The notes below the pieces were generated by a model that was not told the origin of the DNA, ran no database searches, and saw only the letters and a program-made list of their open reading frames with translations. A program made the position numbers and the translations under genes. Shown here in pieces: positions 41,630 to 56,360 of a DNA stretch of 64,000 nt; position 1 is the first letter of the stretch, and the number at the start of each line of letters is the position of its first letter. The stretch comes from the human T2T-CHM13v2.0 reference genome, Homo sapiens. The DNA lies in NCBI RefSeq assembly GCF_009914755.1, contig NC_060934.1; one strand, written 5' to 3'.

Positions 41630-44600
41630 GAATCATCGAATGGTCTCGCATGGAATCATTATCAAATGTAATCGAATGGAATCACCGAATAGAATCGAAT
41701 GGAACAATCATCGAATGGACTCAAATGGAATTATCCTCAAATGGAATCGAATGGATTTATCAAATGCAATCGAATGGAATTATCGAAAGCAATCGAATAT
41801 AATCATCGAATGGACTCGAATGGAATCATCGAATGGAATGGAATGGAAGAGTCAATGAACACGAATGGAATCATCATTGAATGGAATCGAATGGAATCAT
41901 CAAGTGGAATCGAATGGAATCATGATCAAATGGAATCGAATGTAATCATCATCAAATGGAATCCAAAATCACCATCATCAATTGGTACTGAATGGAAATG
42001 TCATCAAATGGAATTCAAAGGAATCATCATCAAATGGAACCGAATGGAATCCTCATTGAATGGAAATGAAAGGAGTCATCATCTAATGGAATCGCATGGA
42101 ATCATCATCAAATGGAATCGAATGGAATCATCATCAAATGGAACCGAATGGAATCATTGAACGGAATTGAATGGAATCGTCATCGAATGAATTGAATGCA
42201 ATCATCGAATGGTCTCGAATGGAATCCTCTTCAAATGGAAAGGAATGGAATCATCGCATAGAATCGAATGGAATTATCATGGAATGGACTCGAATGGAAT
42301 CAACATCAAACGGAATGAAACGGAATTATCGAATGGAATAGAAGAGAATCATCGAATGGACTCGAATGGAATCATCTAATGGAATGGAATGGAATAATCC
42401 ATGGACCCGAATGCAACCATCATCGAATAGAATCGAATGGAATCATCGAATGGACACGAATGGAATAATCATTGAACGCAATGGAATGGAATCATCGAGT
42501 GGAATCGAATGGAATCATGATCAAATGGAATCGAATGTAATCATCATCAAATGGAATCCAAAATCACCATCATCAATTGGTACTGAATGGAATTGTCATC
42601 AAATGGAATTCAAAGGAATCATCATCAAATGGAACCGAATGGAATCCTCATTGAATGGAAATGAAAGGAGTCATCATCTAATGGAATCGCATGGAATCAT
42701 CATCAAATGGAATCGAATGGAATCATCATCAAATGGAATCGAATGGAATCATTGAACGGAATTGAATGGAATCGTCATCGTATGAATTGAATGCAATCAT
42801 CGAATGGTCTCGAATGGAATCATCTTCAAATGGAAAGGAATGGAATCATCGCATAGAATCGAATGGAATTATCATCGAATGGACTCGAATGGAATCAACA
42901 TCAAACGGAATCAAACGGAATTATCGAATGGAATCGAAGAGAATCATCGAATGGACTCGAATGGAATCATCTAATGGAATGGAATGGAATAATCCATGGA
43001 CCCGAATGCAATCATCATCGAATAGAATCGAATGCAATCATCGAATGGACTCGAATGGAATAATCATTGAACGAAATCCAATGGAATCATCGTCGAATGG
43101 AAACGAATGGAATCATCTTCGAATGGAAATGAAAGGAGTCATCATCTAATGGAATCGCATGGAATCATCATCAAATGGAATCAAATGGAATCATCATCGA
43201 ATGGAATCTAATGGAATCATTGAACGGAATTGCATGGAATCGTCATCGAATGAATTGAATGCAATCATCGAATGGTCTCGAATGGAATCATCTTCAAATG
43301 GAATGGAATGGAATCATCGCATAGAATCGAATAGAATTATCATCGAATGGACTCAAGTGGAATCAACATCAAACGGAATCAAACGGAATTATCGAATGGA
43401 ATCGAAGAGAATCATCGAATGGACTCTAATGGAATCATCTAATGAAATAGAATGGAATAATCCATGGACTCGAATGCAATCATCATCAAATGGAATCGAA
43501 TGGAATCGTCGAATGGACTCGAGTGGAATAAACATTCAATGGAATCGAATGGAATCGTCACCGGATGGAAACGAATGGAATCATCATCGAATGGAATCGA
43601 ATGGAATCATCAAATGGAATCAGATGGAATCATCATCAAATGGAATCGAATAGAATTATGGAATGAAATCCAATGTGATCATCATCGAATGGACTCGAAC
43701 GGAATCATCATCCAATGGAAACTAATGGAATCAACATCGAATGGAATCGAATGGAAATGCCATCGAATTGAAACGAATGGAATTATCATGAAATTGAAAT
43801 GGATGGACTCATCATCGAATGGATTCGAATGGAATCACCGAATGAAATTGATAGAAATCATCAAATGGAATCGAATGGAATCATTGAATGGAATCGAATG
43901 GAATCATCATCAGATGGAAATGAATGGAATCATCGCTGAATGGAATCTAATGGATTCATTGAATGGAATCTGATGGAATCATCGAATGGACTTGAATGGA
44001 ATCATTGAATGGACTCGAATGGAATCTTTATTGAATGGAATTGAATGGAATCATCGAATGGTCTCGAATGGAATCATTATCAAATGGAATCGAATGGAAT
44101 CACCGAATAGAATTGAATGAAACAATCATCGTATGGACTCAAATGGAATTATCCTCAAATGGAATCGAATGGATTTATCGAATGCAATCGAATGGAATTA
44201 TCGAAAGCAATCGAATAGAATCATCGAATGGACTCGAATGGAATCATCGAATGGAATGGAATGGAAGAGTCAATGAACTCGAATGGAATCATCATTGAAT
44301 GGAATCGAATGGAATCATCGAGTGGAATCGAGTGGAATCATGATCAAATGGAATCGAATGTAATCATCATCAAATGGAATCCAAAATCACCATCATCAAT
44401 TGGTACTGAATGGAATTGTCATCAAATGGAATTCAAAGGAATCATCATCAAATGGAACCGAATGGAATCCTCATTGAATGGAAATGAAAGGAGTCATCAT
44501 CTAATGGAATCGCATGGAATCATCATCAAATGGAATCGAATGGAATCATCATCAAATGGAATCGAATGGAATCATTGAACGGAATTGAATGGAATCGTCA

Positions 44601-47600
44601 TCGAATGAATTGAATGCAATCATCGAATGGTCTCGAATGGAATCCTCTTCAAATGAAAAGGAATGGAATCATCGCATAGAATCGAATGGAATTATCATCG
44701 AATGGACTCGAATGGAATCAACATCAAACGGAATCAAACGGAATTATCGAATGGAATCGAAGAGAATCATCAAATGGACTCGAATGGAATCATCTAATGG
44801 AATGGAATGGAATAATCCATGGACCCGAATGCAATCATCATCGAATAGAATCGAATGGAATCATCGAATGGACTCGAATGGAATAATCATTGAACGCAAT
44901 CGAATGGAATCATCGAGTGGAATCGAATGGAATCATGATCAAATGGAATCGAATGTAATCATCATCAAATGGAATCCAAAATCACCATCATCAATTGGTA
45001 CTGAATGGAATTGTCATCAAATGGAATTCAAAGGAATCATGATCAAATGGAACCGAATGGAATCCTCATTGAAAGGAAATGAAAGGAGTCATCATCTAAT
45101 GGAATCGCATGGAATCATCATCAAATGGAATCGAATGGAATCATCATCAAATGGAATCGAATGGAATCATTGAACGGAATTGAATCGAATCGTCATCGAA
45201 TGAATTGAATGCAATCATCGAATGGTCTCGAATGGAATCATCTTCAAATGGAAAGGAATGGAATCATCGCATAGAATCGAATGGAATTATCATCGAATGG
45301 ACTCGAATGGAATCAACATCAAATGGAATCAAACGGAATTATCGAATGGAATCGAAGAGAATCATCGAATGGACTCGAATGGAATCATCTAATGGAATGG
45401 AATGGAATAATCCATGGACCCGAATGCAATCATCATCGAATAGAATCGAATGCAATCATCGAATGGACTCGAATGGAATAATCATTGAACGAAATCCAAT
45501 GGAATCATCGTCGAATGGAAACGAATGGAATCATCATCGAATGGAAATGAAAGGAGTCATCATCTAATGGAATTGCATGGAATCATCATCAAATGGAATC
45601 AAATGGAATTATCATCGAATGGAATCTAATGGAATCATTGAACGGAATTGCATGGAATCGTCATCGAATGAATTGAATGCAATCATCGAATGGTCTCGAA
45701 TGGAATCATCTTCAAATGGAATGGAATGGAATCATCGCATAGAATCGAATGGAATTTTCATCGAATGGACTCAAATGGAATCAACATCAAACGGAATCAA
45801 ACGGAATTATCGAATGGAATCGAAGAGAATCATCGAATGGACTCGAATGGAATCATCTAATGAAATAGAATGGAATAATCCATGGACTCGAATGCAATCA
45901 TCATCAAATGGAATCGAATGGAATCGTCGAATGGACTCGAGTGGAATAAACATTCAACGGAATCGAATGGAATCGTCACCGGATGGAAACGAATGGAATC
46001 ATCATCGAATGGAATCGAATGGCATCATCAAATGGAATCAGATGGAATCATCATCAAATGGAATCGAATAGAATTATGGAATGAAATCCAATGTGATCAT
46101 CATCGAATGGACTCGAACGGAATCATCATCCAATGGAAACTAATGGAATCAACATCGAAGGGAATCGAATGGAAACGCCATCGAAAGGAAACGAATGGAA
46201 TTATCATGAAATTGAAATGGATGGACTCATCATCGAATGGATTCGAATGGAATCACCGAATGAAATTGATAGAAATCATCATCAAATGGAATCGAATGGA
46301 ATCATTGAATGGAATCGAATGGAATCATCATCAGATGGAAATGAATGGAATCATCACTGAATGGAATCGAATGGATTCATTGAATGGAATCTGATGGAAT
46401 CATCGAATGGAGTTGAATGGAATCATTGAATGGACTCGAATGGAATCTTTATTGAATGCAATTGAAAGGAATCATCGAATGGTCTCGAATGGAATCATTA
46501 TCAAATGGAATCGAATGGAATCACCGAATAGAATCGAATGGAACAATCATCGAATGGACTCAAATGGAATTATCCTCAAATGGAATCGAATGGATTTATC
46601 GAATGCAATCGAATGGAATTATCGAAAGCAGTCGAATAGAATCATCGAATGGACCCGAATGGAATCAACATCAAACGGAATCAAACGGAATCATCGAATG
46701 GCCACGAATGGAATCATCTAATGGAATGGAATAGAATAACCCATGGACCCGAATGCAATCATCATCGAATAGAATCGAATGGAATCAGCGAATGGACTCG
46801 AATGGAATAATCATTGAACGCAATCGAATGGAATCATCGAGTGGAATCGAATGGAATCATGATCAAATGGAATCGAATGTAATCATCATCAAATGGAATC
46901 CAAAATCACCATCATCAATTGGTACTGAATGGAATTGTCATCAAATGGAATTCAAAGGAATCATCATCAAATGGAACCGAATGGAATCCTCATTGAATGG
47001 AAATGAAAGGAGTCATCATCTAATGGAATCGCATGGAATCATCATCAAATGGAATCGAATGGAATCATCATCAAATGGAATCGAATGGAATCATTGAACG
47101 GAATTGAATGGAATCGTCATCGAATGAATTGAGTGCAATCATCGAATGGTCTCGAATGGAATCATCTTCAAATGGAAAGGAATGGAATCATCGCATAGAA
47201 TCGAATGGAATTATCATCGAATGGACCCGAATGGAATCAACATCAAACGGAATCAAACGGAATTATCGAATGGAATCGAAGAGAATCATCGAATGGCCAC
47301 GAATGGAATCATCTAATGGAATGGAATGGAATAACCCATGGACCCGAATGCAATCACCATCGAATAGAATCGAATGGAATCAACGAATGGACTCGAATGG
47401 AATAATCATTGAACGCAATCGAATGGAATCATCGAGTTGAATCGAATGGATTCATGATCAAATGGAATCGAATGTAATCATCATCAAATGGAATCCAAAA
47501 TCACCATCATCAATTGGTACTGAATGGAATTGTCATCAAATGGAATTCAAAGGAATCATCATCAAATGGAACCGAATGGAATCCTCATTGAATGGAAATG

Positions 47601-48814
47601 AAAGGAGTCATCATCTAATGGAATCGCATGGAATCATCATCAAATGGAATCGAATGGAATCATCATCAAATGGAATCGAATGGAATCATTGAACGGAATT
47701 GAATCGAATCGTCATCGAATGAATTGACTGCAATCATCGAATGGTCTCGAAAGGAATAATCTTCAAATGGAAAGGAATGGAATCATCGCATAGAATCGAA
47801 TGGAATTATCAACGAATGCACTCGAATGGAATCAACATCAAACGGAATCAAACGGAATTATCGAATGGAATCGAAGAGAATCATCGAATGGCCACGAATG
47901 GAATCATCTAATGGAATGGAATGGAATAATCCATGGACCCGAATGCAATCATCATCGAATAGAATCGAATGGAATCATCGAATGGACACGAATGGAATAA
48001 TCATTGAACGGAATCGAATGGAATCCTCGTCGAATGGAAACGCATGGAATCATCATCGAATGGAAATGAAAGGAGTCATCATCTAATGAAATCGCACGGA
48101 ATCATCATCAAATGGAATCGAATGGAATCATCATCGAATGGAATCTAATGGAATCATTGAACCGAATTGCATGGAATCGTCATCGAATGAATTGAATGCA
48201 ATCATCGAATGGTCTCGAATGGAATCATCTTCAAATGGAATGGAATGGAATCATCGCATAGAATCGAATGGAATTATCATTGAATGGACTCAAATGGAAT
48301 CAAAATCAAACGGAATCAAACGGAATTATCGAATGGAATCGAAGAGAATCATTGAATGGACTCGAACGGAATCATCTAATGAAATAGAATGGAATAATCC
48401 ATGGACTCGAATGCAATCATCATCAAATGGAATCGAATGGAATAGTCGAATGGACTCGAGAGGAATAAACATTCAACGGAATCGAATGGAATCGTCACCG
48501 GATGGAAACGAATGGAATCATCATCGAATGGAATCGAATGGAATCATCAAATGGAATCAGATGGAATCATCCTCAAATGGAATCGAATAGAATTATGGAA
48601 TGAAATCCAATGTGATCATCATCAAATGGACTCGAACGGAATCATCATCCAATGGAAACTAATGGAATCAACATCGAATGGGATCGAATGGAAACGCCTT
48701 CCAATTGAAACGAATGGAATTATCATGAAATTGAAATGGATGGACTCATCATGGAATGGATTCGAACGGAATCACCGAATGAAATTGATAGAAATCATCA
48801 TCAAATGGAATCGA

Positions 48815-49336
48815 ATGGAATCATTGAATGGAATCGAATGGAATCATCATCAGATGGAAATGAATGGAATCATCACTGAATGGAATCGAATGGATTCATT
48901 GAATGGAATCTGATGGAATCATCGAAAGGACTTGAATGGAATCATTGAATGGACTCGAATGGAATCTTTATTGAATGGAATTGAATGGAATCATCGAATG
49001 GTCTCGAATGGAATCATTATCAAATGGAATCGAATGGAATCATGATCAAATGGAATCGAATGTAATCATCATCGAATGGAATCATTAAATGGAATCGAAT
49101 GGAATCATCATCAGATGGAAATGAATGGAATCATCACTGAATGGAATCGAATGGATTCATTGAATGGAATCTGATGGAATCATCGAAAGGACTTGAATGG
49201 AATCATTGAATGGACTCGAATGGAATCTTTATTGAATGGAATTGAATGGAATCATCGAATGGTCTCGAATGGAATCATTATCAAATGGAATCGAATGGAA
49301 TCATGATCAAATGGAATCGAATGTAATCATCATCAA
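48815..49336 (+). repeat. 261-bp tandem duplication inside domain C
   Basis: CAGATGGAAATG occurs at 48851 and 49112, and the private variant ATCGAAAGGACTTG at 48921 and 49182 (offset 261). End points are approximate. Confidence 0.88.
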
Positions 49337-52300
49337 ATGGAATCAAAAATAACCATCATCAATTGGTATTGAATGGAATTGTCATCAAATTGAATTCAAT
49401 GAATCATCATCAAATGGAACCGAATGGAATCCTCATCCAATGGAAAGGAAAGGAGACATCATCTAATGGAATGGCATGGAATCAACATCAAATGGAATCG
49501 AATGCAATCATCATCAAATGGAATCTAATGGAATCAATGAACGGAATTGAATCGAATCGTCATCGAATGAATTGAATGCAATCATCGAATGGTCTCGAAT
49601 GGAATCATCTTCAAATGGAATGGAATGGAATCATCGCATAGAATCGAATGGAATTATCATCGAATGGACTCAAATGGAATCAACATCAAACGGAATCAAA
49701 CGGAATTATCGAATGGAATCGAAGAGAATCATCGAATGGACTCGAATGGAATCATCTAATGAAATAGAATGGAATAATCCATGGACTCGAATGCAATCAT
49801 CATCAAATGCAATCGAATGGAATCGTCGAATGGCCTCGAGTGGAATAAACATTCAACGGAATCGAATGGAATCGTCACCGGATGGAAACGAATGGAATCA
49901 TCATCGAATGGAATCGAATGGAATCATCAAATGGAATCAGATGGAATCATCATCAAATGGAATCGAATAGAATTATGGAATGAAATCCAATGTGATCATC
50001 ATCGAATGGACACGAACGGAATCATCATCCAATGGAAACTAATGGAATCAACATCGAATGGAATCGAATGGAAACGCCATCGAAAGGAAACGAATGGAAT
50101 TATCATGAAATTGAAATGGATGGACTCATCATCGAATGGATTCGAATGGAATCAGCGAATGAAATTGATAGAAATCATCATCAAATGGAATCGAATGGAA
50201 TCATTGAATGGAATCGAATGGAATCATCATCAGATGGAAATGAATGGAATCATCACTGAATGGAATCGAATGGATTCATTGAATGGAATCTGATGGAATC
50301 ATCGAATGGACTTGAATGGAATCATTCAATGGACTCGAATGGAATCTTTATTGAATGGAATTGAATGGAATCATCGAATGGTCTCGAATGGAATCATTAT
50401 CAAATGGAAACGAATGGAATCACCGAATAGAATCGAATGGAACAATCATCGAATGGACTCAAATGGAATTATCCTCAAATGGAATCGAATGGATTTATCG
50501 AATGCAATCGAATGGAATTATCGAAAGCAATCGAATAGAATCATCGAATGGACTCGAATGGAATCATCGAATGGAATGGAATGGAAGAGTCAATGAACTC
50601 GAATGGAATCATCATTGAATGGAATCGAATGGAATCATCGAGTGGAATCGAATGGAATCATGATCAAATGGAATCGAATGTAATCATCATCAAATGGAAT
50701 CCAAAATCACCATCATCAATTGGTACTGAATGGAATTGTCATCAAATGGAATTCAAAGGAATCATCATCAAATGGAACCGAATGGAATCCTCATTGAATG
50801 GAAATGAAAGGAGTCATCATCTAATGGAATCGCATGGAATCATCATCAAATGGAATCGAATGGAATCATCATCAAATGGAATCGAATGGAATCATTGAAC
50901 GGAATTGAATGGAATCGTCATCGAATGAATTGAATGCAATCATCGAATGGTCTCGAATGTAATCATCTTCAAATGGAAAGGAATGGAATCATCGCATAGA
51001 ATCGAATGGAATTATCATCGAATGGACTCGAATGGAATCAACATCAAACGGAATCAAACGGAATTATCGAATGGAATCGAAGAGAATCATCGAATGGACT
51101 CGAATGGAATCATGTAATGGAATGGAATGGAATAATCCATGGACCCGAATGCAATCATCATCGAATAGAATCGAATGCAATCATCGAATGGACTCGAATG
51201 CAATAATCATTGAACGAAATCCAATGGAATCATCGTCGAATGGAAACGCATGGAATCATCATCGAATGGAAATGAAAGGAGTCATCCTCTAATGGAATCG
51301 CATGGAATCATCATCAAATGGAATCCAATGGAATCATCATCGAATGGAATCTAATGGAATCATTGAACGGAATTGCATGGAATCGTCATCGAATGATTTG
51401 AATGCAATCATCGAATGGTGTCGAATGGAATCATCTTCAAATGGAATGGAATGGAATCATCGCATAGAATCGAATGGAATTATCATCGAATGGACTCAAA
51501 TGGAATCAACATCAAACGGAATCAAACGGAATTATCGAATGGAATCGAAGAGAATCATCGAATGGACTCGAACGGAATCATCTAATGAAATAGAATGGAA
51601 TAATCCATGGACTCGAATGCAATCATCATCAAATGGAATCGAATGGAATCGTCGAATGGACTCGAGAGGAATAAACATTCAACGGAATCGAATGGAATCG
51701 TCACCGGATGGAAACGAATGGAATCATCATCGAATGGAATCGAATGGAATCATCAAATGGAATCAGATGGAATCATCATCAAATGGAATCGAATAGAATT
51801 ATGGAATGAAATCCAATGTGATCATCATCGAATGGACTCGAACGGAATCATCATACAATGGAAACTAATGGAATCAACATCGAATGGAATCGAATGGAAA
51901 CGCCATCCAATTGAAACGAATGGAATTATCATGAAATTGAAATGGATGGACTCATCATGGAATGGATTCGAATGGAATCACCGAATGAAATTGATAGAAA
52001 TCATCATCAAATGGAATCGAATGGTAGCATTGAATGGAATCGAATGGAATCATCATCAGATTGAAATGAATGGAATCATCACTGAATGGAATCCAATGGA
52101 TTTATTGAATGGAATCTGATGGAATCATCGAATGGACTTGAATGGAATCATTGAATGGACTCGAATGGAAACTTTATTGAATGGAATTGAATGGAATCAT
52201 CGAATGGTCTCGCATGGAATCATTATCAAATGTAATCGAATGGAATCACCGAATAGAATCGAATGGAACAATCATCGAATGGACTCAAATGGAATTATCC

Positions 52301-54159
52301 TCAAGTGGAATCGAATGGAATTATCGAATGCAATCGAATGGAATTATCGAATGCAATCGAATAGAATCATCGAACGGTCTCAAATGGAATCATCGAATGG
52401 AATGGAATGGAAGAGTCAATGAACTCGAATGGAATCATCATTGAATGGAATCGAATGGAATCATCGAGTGGAATCGAATGGAATCATGATCAAATGAAAT
52501 CGAATGTAATCATCATCAAATGGAATCAAAAATCACCATCATCAATTGGTATTGAATGGAATTGTCATCAAATTGAAATCAATGAATCGTCATCAAATGG
52601 AACCGAATGGAATCCTCATTGAATGGAAATGAAAGGAGACATCATCTAATGGAATGGCATGGAATCATCATCAAATGGAATCGAATGGAATCATCATCAA
52701 ATGGAATCTAATGGAATCAATGAACGGAATTGAATCGAATCGTCATCGAATGAATTGAATGCAATCATCGAATGGTCTCGAATGGAATCATCTTCAAATG
52801 GAAAGGAATGGAATCATCGCATAGAATCGAATGGAATTATCATCGAATGGACTCGAATGGAATCAACATCAAACGGAATCAAACGGAATTATCGAATGGA
52901 ATCAAGAGAATCATCGAATGGCCACGAATGGAATCATCTAATGGAATGGAATGGAATAATCCATGGACCCGAATGCAATCATCATCGAATAGAATCGAAT
53001 GGAATCATCGAATGGACTCGAATGGAATAATCATTGAACGCAATCGAATGGAATCATCAAGTGGAATCGAATGGAATCATGATCAAATGGAATCGAATGT
53101 AATCATCATCAAATGGAATCCAAAATCACCATCATCAATTGGTACTGAATGGAATTGTCATCAAATGGAATTCAAAGGAATCATCATCAAATGGAACCGA
53201 ATGGAATCCTCATTGAATGGAAATGTAAGGAGTCATCACCTAATGGAATCGCATGGAATCATCATCAAATGGAATCGAATGGAATCATCATCAAATGGAA
53301 TCGAATGGAATCATTGAACGGAATTGAATGGAATCGTCATCGAATGAATTGAATGCAATCATCGAATGGTCTCGAATGGAATCATCTTCAAATAGAAAGG
53401 AATGGAATCATCGCCTAGAATCGAATGGAATTATCATCGAATGGACTCGAATGTAATCAACATCAAACGGAATCAAACGGAATTATCGAATGGAATCGAA
53501 GAGAATCATCAAATGGACTCGAATGGAATCATGTAATGGAATGGAATGGAATAATCCATGGACCCGAATGCAATCATCATCGAATAGAATCGAATGCAAT
53601 CATCGAATGGACTCGAATGGAATAATCATTGAACGAAATCGAATGGAATCATTGTCGAATGGAAACGAATGGAATCATCATCGAATGGAAATGAAAGGAG
53701 TCATCATCTAATGGAATCGCATGGAATCATCATCAAATGGAATCCAATGGAATCATCATCGAATGGAATCTAATGGAATCATTGAACGGAATTGCATGGA
53801 ATCGTCGTCGAATGAATTGAATGCAGTCATCGAATGGTCTCGAATGGAATCATCTTCAACTGGAATGGAATGGAATCATCGCATAGAATCGAATGGAATT
53901 CTCATCGAATGGACTCAAATGGAATCAACATCAAACGGAATCAAACGGAATTATCGAATGGAATCGAAGAGAATCATCCAATGGACTCGAATGGAATCAT
54001 CTAATGAAATAGAATGGAATAATCCATGGACTCGAATGCAATCATCATCAAATGGAATCGAATGGAATAGTCGAATGGACTCGAGAGGAATAAACATTCA
54101 ACGGATTCGAATGGAATCGTCACCGGATGGAAACGAATGGAATCATCATCGAATGGAAT

Positions 54160-54713
54160 CGAATGGAATCATCAAATGGAATCAGATGGAATCATCCTCA
54201 AATGGAATCGAATAGAATTATGGAATGAAATCCAATGTGATCATCATCAAATGGACTCGAACGGAATCATCATCCAATGGAAACTAATGGAATCAACATC
54301 GAATGGAATCGAATGGAAACGCCATCCAATTGAAACGAATGGAATTATCATGAAATTGAAATGGATGGACTCATCATCGAATGGATTCGAATGGAATCAC
54401 CGAATGAAATTGATAGAAATCATCATCAAATGGAATCGAATGGAATCATCAAATGGAATCAGATGAAATCATCATCAAATGGGGTCGAATAGAATTATGG
54501 AATGAAATCCAATGTGATCATCATCGAATGGACACGAACGGAATCATCATCCAATGGAAACTAATGGAATCAATATCGAATGGAATCGAATGGAAACGCC
54601 ATCGAAAGGAAACGAATGGAATTATCATGAAATTGAAATGGATGGACTCATCATCGAATGGATTCGAATGGAATCACCGAATGAAATTGATAGAAATCAT
54701 CATCAAATGGAAT
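54160..54713 (+). repeat. 277-bp tandem duplication inside domain C
   Basis: CAGATG occurs at 54183 and 54460, and the AGAATTATGGAATGAAATCCAATGTG block is present twice. The subunit spacing 53796->55431 = 1635 = 1358+277. Confidence 0.88.
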
Positions 54714-56360
54714 CGAATGGAATCATTGAATGGAATCGAATGGAATCATCATCAGATGGAAATGAATGGAATCATCACTGAATGGAATCGAATGGATTCA
54801 TTGAATGGAATCTGATGGAATCATCGAATGGACTTGAATGGAATCATTGAACGGACTCGAATGGAATCTTTATTGAATGGAATTGAATGGAATCATCAAA
54901 TGGTCTCGAATGGAATCATTATCAAATGGAATCGAATGGAATCACCGAATAGAATCGAATGGAACAATCATCGAATGGACTCAAATGGAATTATCCTCAA
55001 ATGGAATCGAATGGATTTGTCGAATGCAATCGAATGGAATTATCGAAAGCAATCGAATAGAATCATCGAATGGACTCGAATGGAATCATCGAATGGAATG
55101 GAATGGAAGAGTCAATGAACTCGAATGGAATCATCATTGAATGGAATCGAATGGAATCATCGAGTGGAATCGAATGGAATCATGATCAAATGGAATCGAA
55201 TGTAATCATCATCAAATGAAATCCAAAATCACCATCATCAATTGGTACTGAATGGAATTGTCATCAAATGGAATTCAAAGGAATCATCATCAAATGGAAC
55301 CGAATGGAATCCTCATTGAATGGAAATGAAAGGAGTCATCATCTAATGGAATGGCATGGAATCATCATCAAATGGAATCGAATGGAATCATCATCAAATA
55401 GAATCTAATGGAATCATTGAACGGAATTGAATGGAATCGTCATCGAATGAATTGAATGCAATCATCGAATGGTCTCGAATGGAATCATCTTCAAATGGAA
55501 AGGAATGGAATCATCGCATAGAATCGAATGGAATTATCATCGAATGGACACGAATGGAATCAACATCAAACGGAATCAAACGGAATTATCGAATGGAATC
55601 GAAGAGAATCATCGAATGGCCACGAATGGAATCATCTAATGGAATGGAATGGAATAATCCATGGACCCGAATGCAATCATAATCGAATAGAATCGAATGG
55701 AATCATCGAATGGAGTCGAATGGAATAATCATTGAACGCAATCGAATGGAATCATCGAGTGGAATCGAATGGAATCATGATCAAATGGAATCGAATGTAA
55801 TCATCATCAAATGGAATCCAAAATCACCATCATCAATTGGTACTGAATGGAATTGTCATCAAATGGAATTCAAAAGAATCATCATCAAATGGAACCGAAT
55901 GGAATCCTCATTGAATGGAAATGAAAGGAGTCATCATCTAATGGAATCGCATGGAATCATCATCAAATGGAATCGAATGGAATCATCATCAAATGGAATC
56001 GATTGGAATCATTGAACGGAATTGAATCGGATCGTCATCGAATGAATTGAATGCAATCATCGAATGGTCTCGAATGGAATCATCTTCAAATGGAAAGGAA
56101 TGGAATCATCGCATAGAATCGAATGGAATTATCATCGAATGGACTCGAATGGAATGAACATCAAAGGGAATCAAACGGAATTATCGAATGGAATCGAAGA
56201 GAATCATCGAATTGCCACGAATGGAATCATCTAATGGAATGGAATTGAATAATCCATGGACCTGAATGCAATCATCATCGAATAGAATCGAATGCAATCA
56301 TCGAATGGACTCGAATGGAATAATCATTGAACGAAATCGAATGGAATCATCGTCGAATGG

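Larger units (their letters stand above)
41630..56360 (+). repeat. Domain C: irregular ~2.42-kb units (595+468+~1357 bp)
   Basis: ORF offsets are 42863->45281 and 43159->45577 (2418), and 51006->53425 and 51302->53721 (2419). C markers are CCAAAATCACCATCATCAATTGGTACTG, GGAATCTGATGG, CGAAAGCAATC and GGAAGAGTCAATG. Regularity is broken by local duplications and deletions. Confidence 0.85.
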
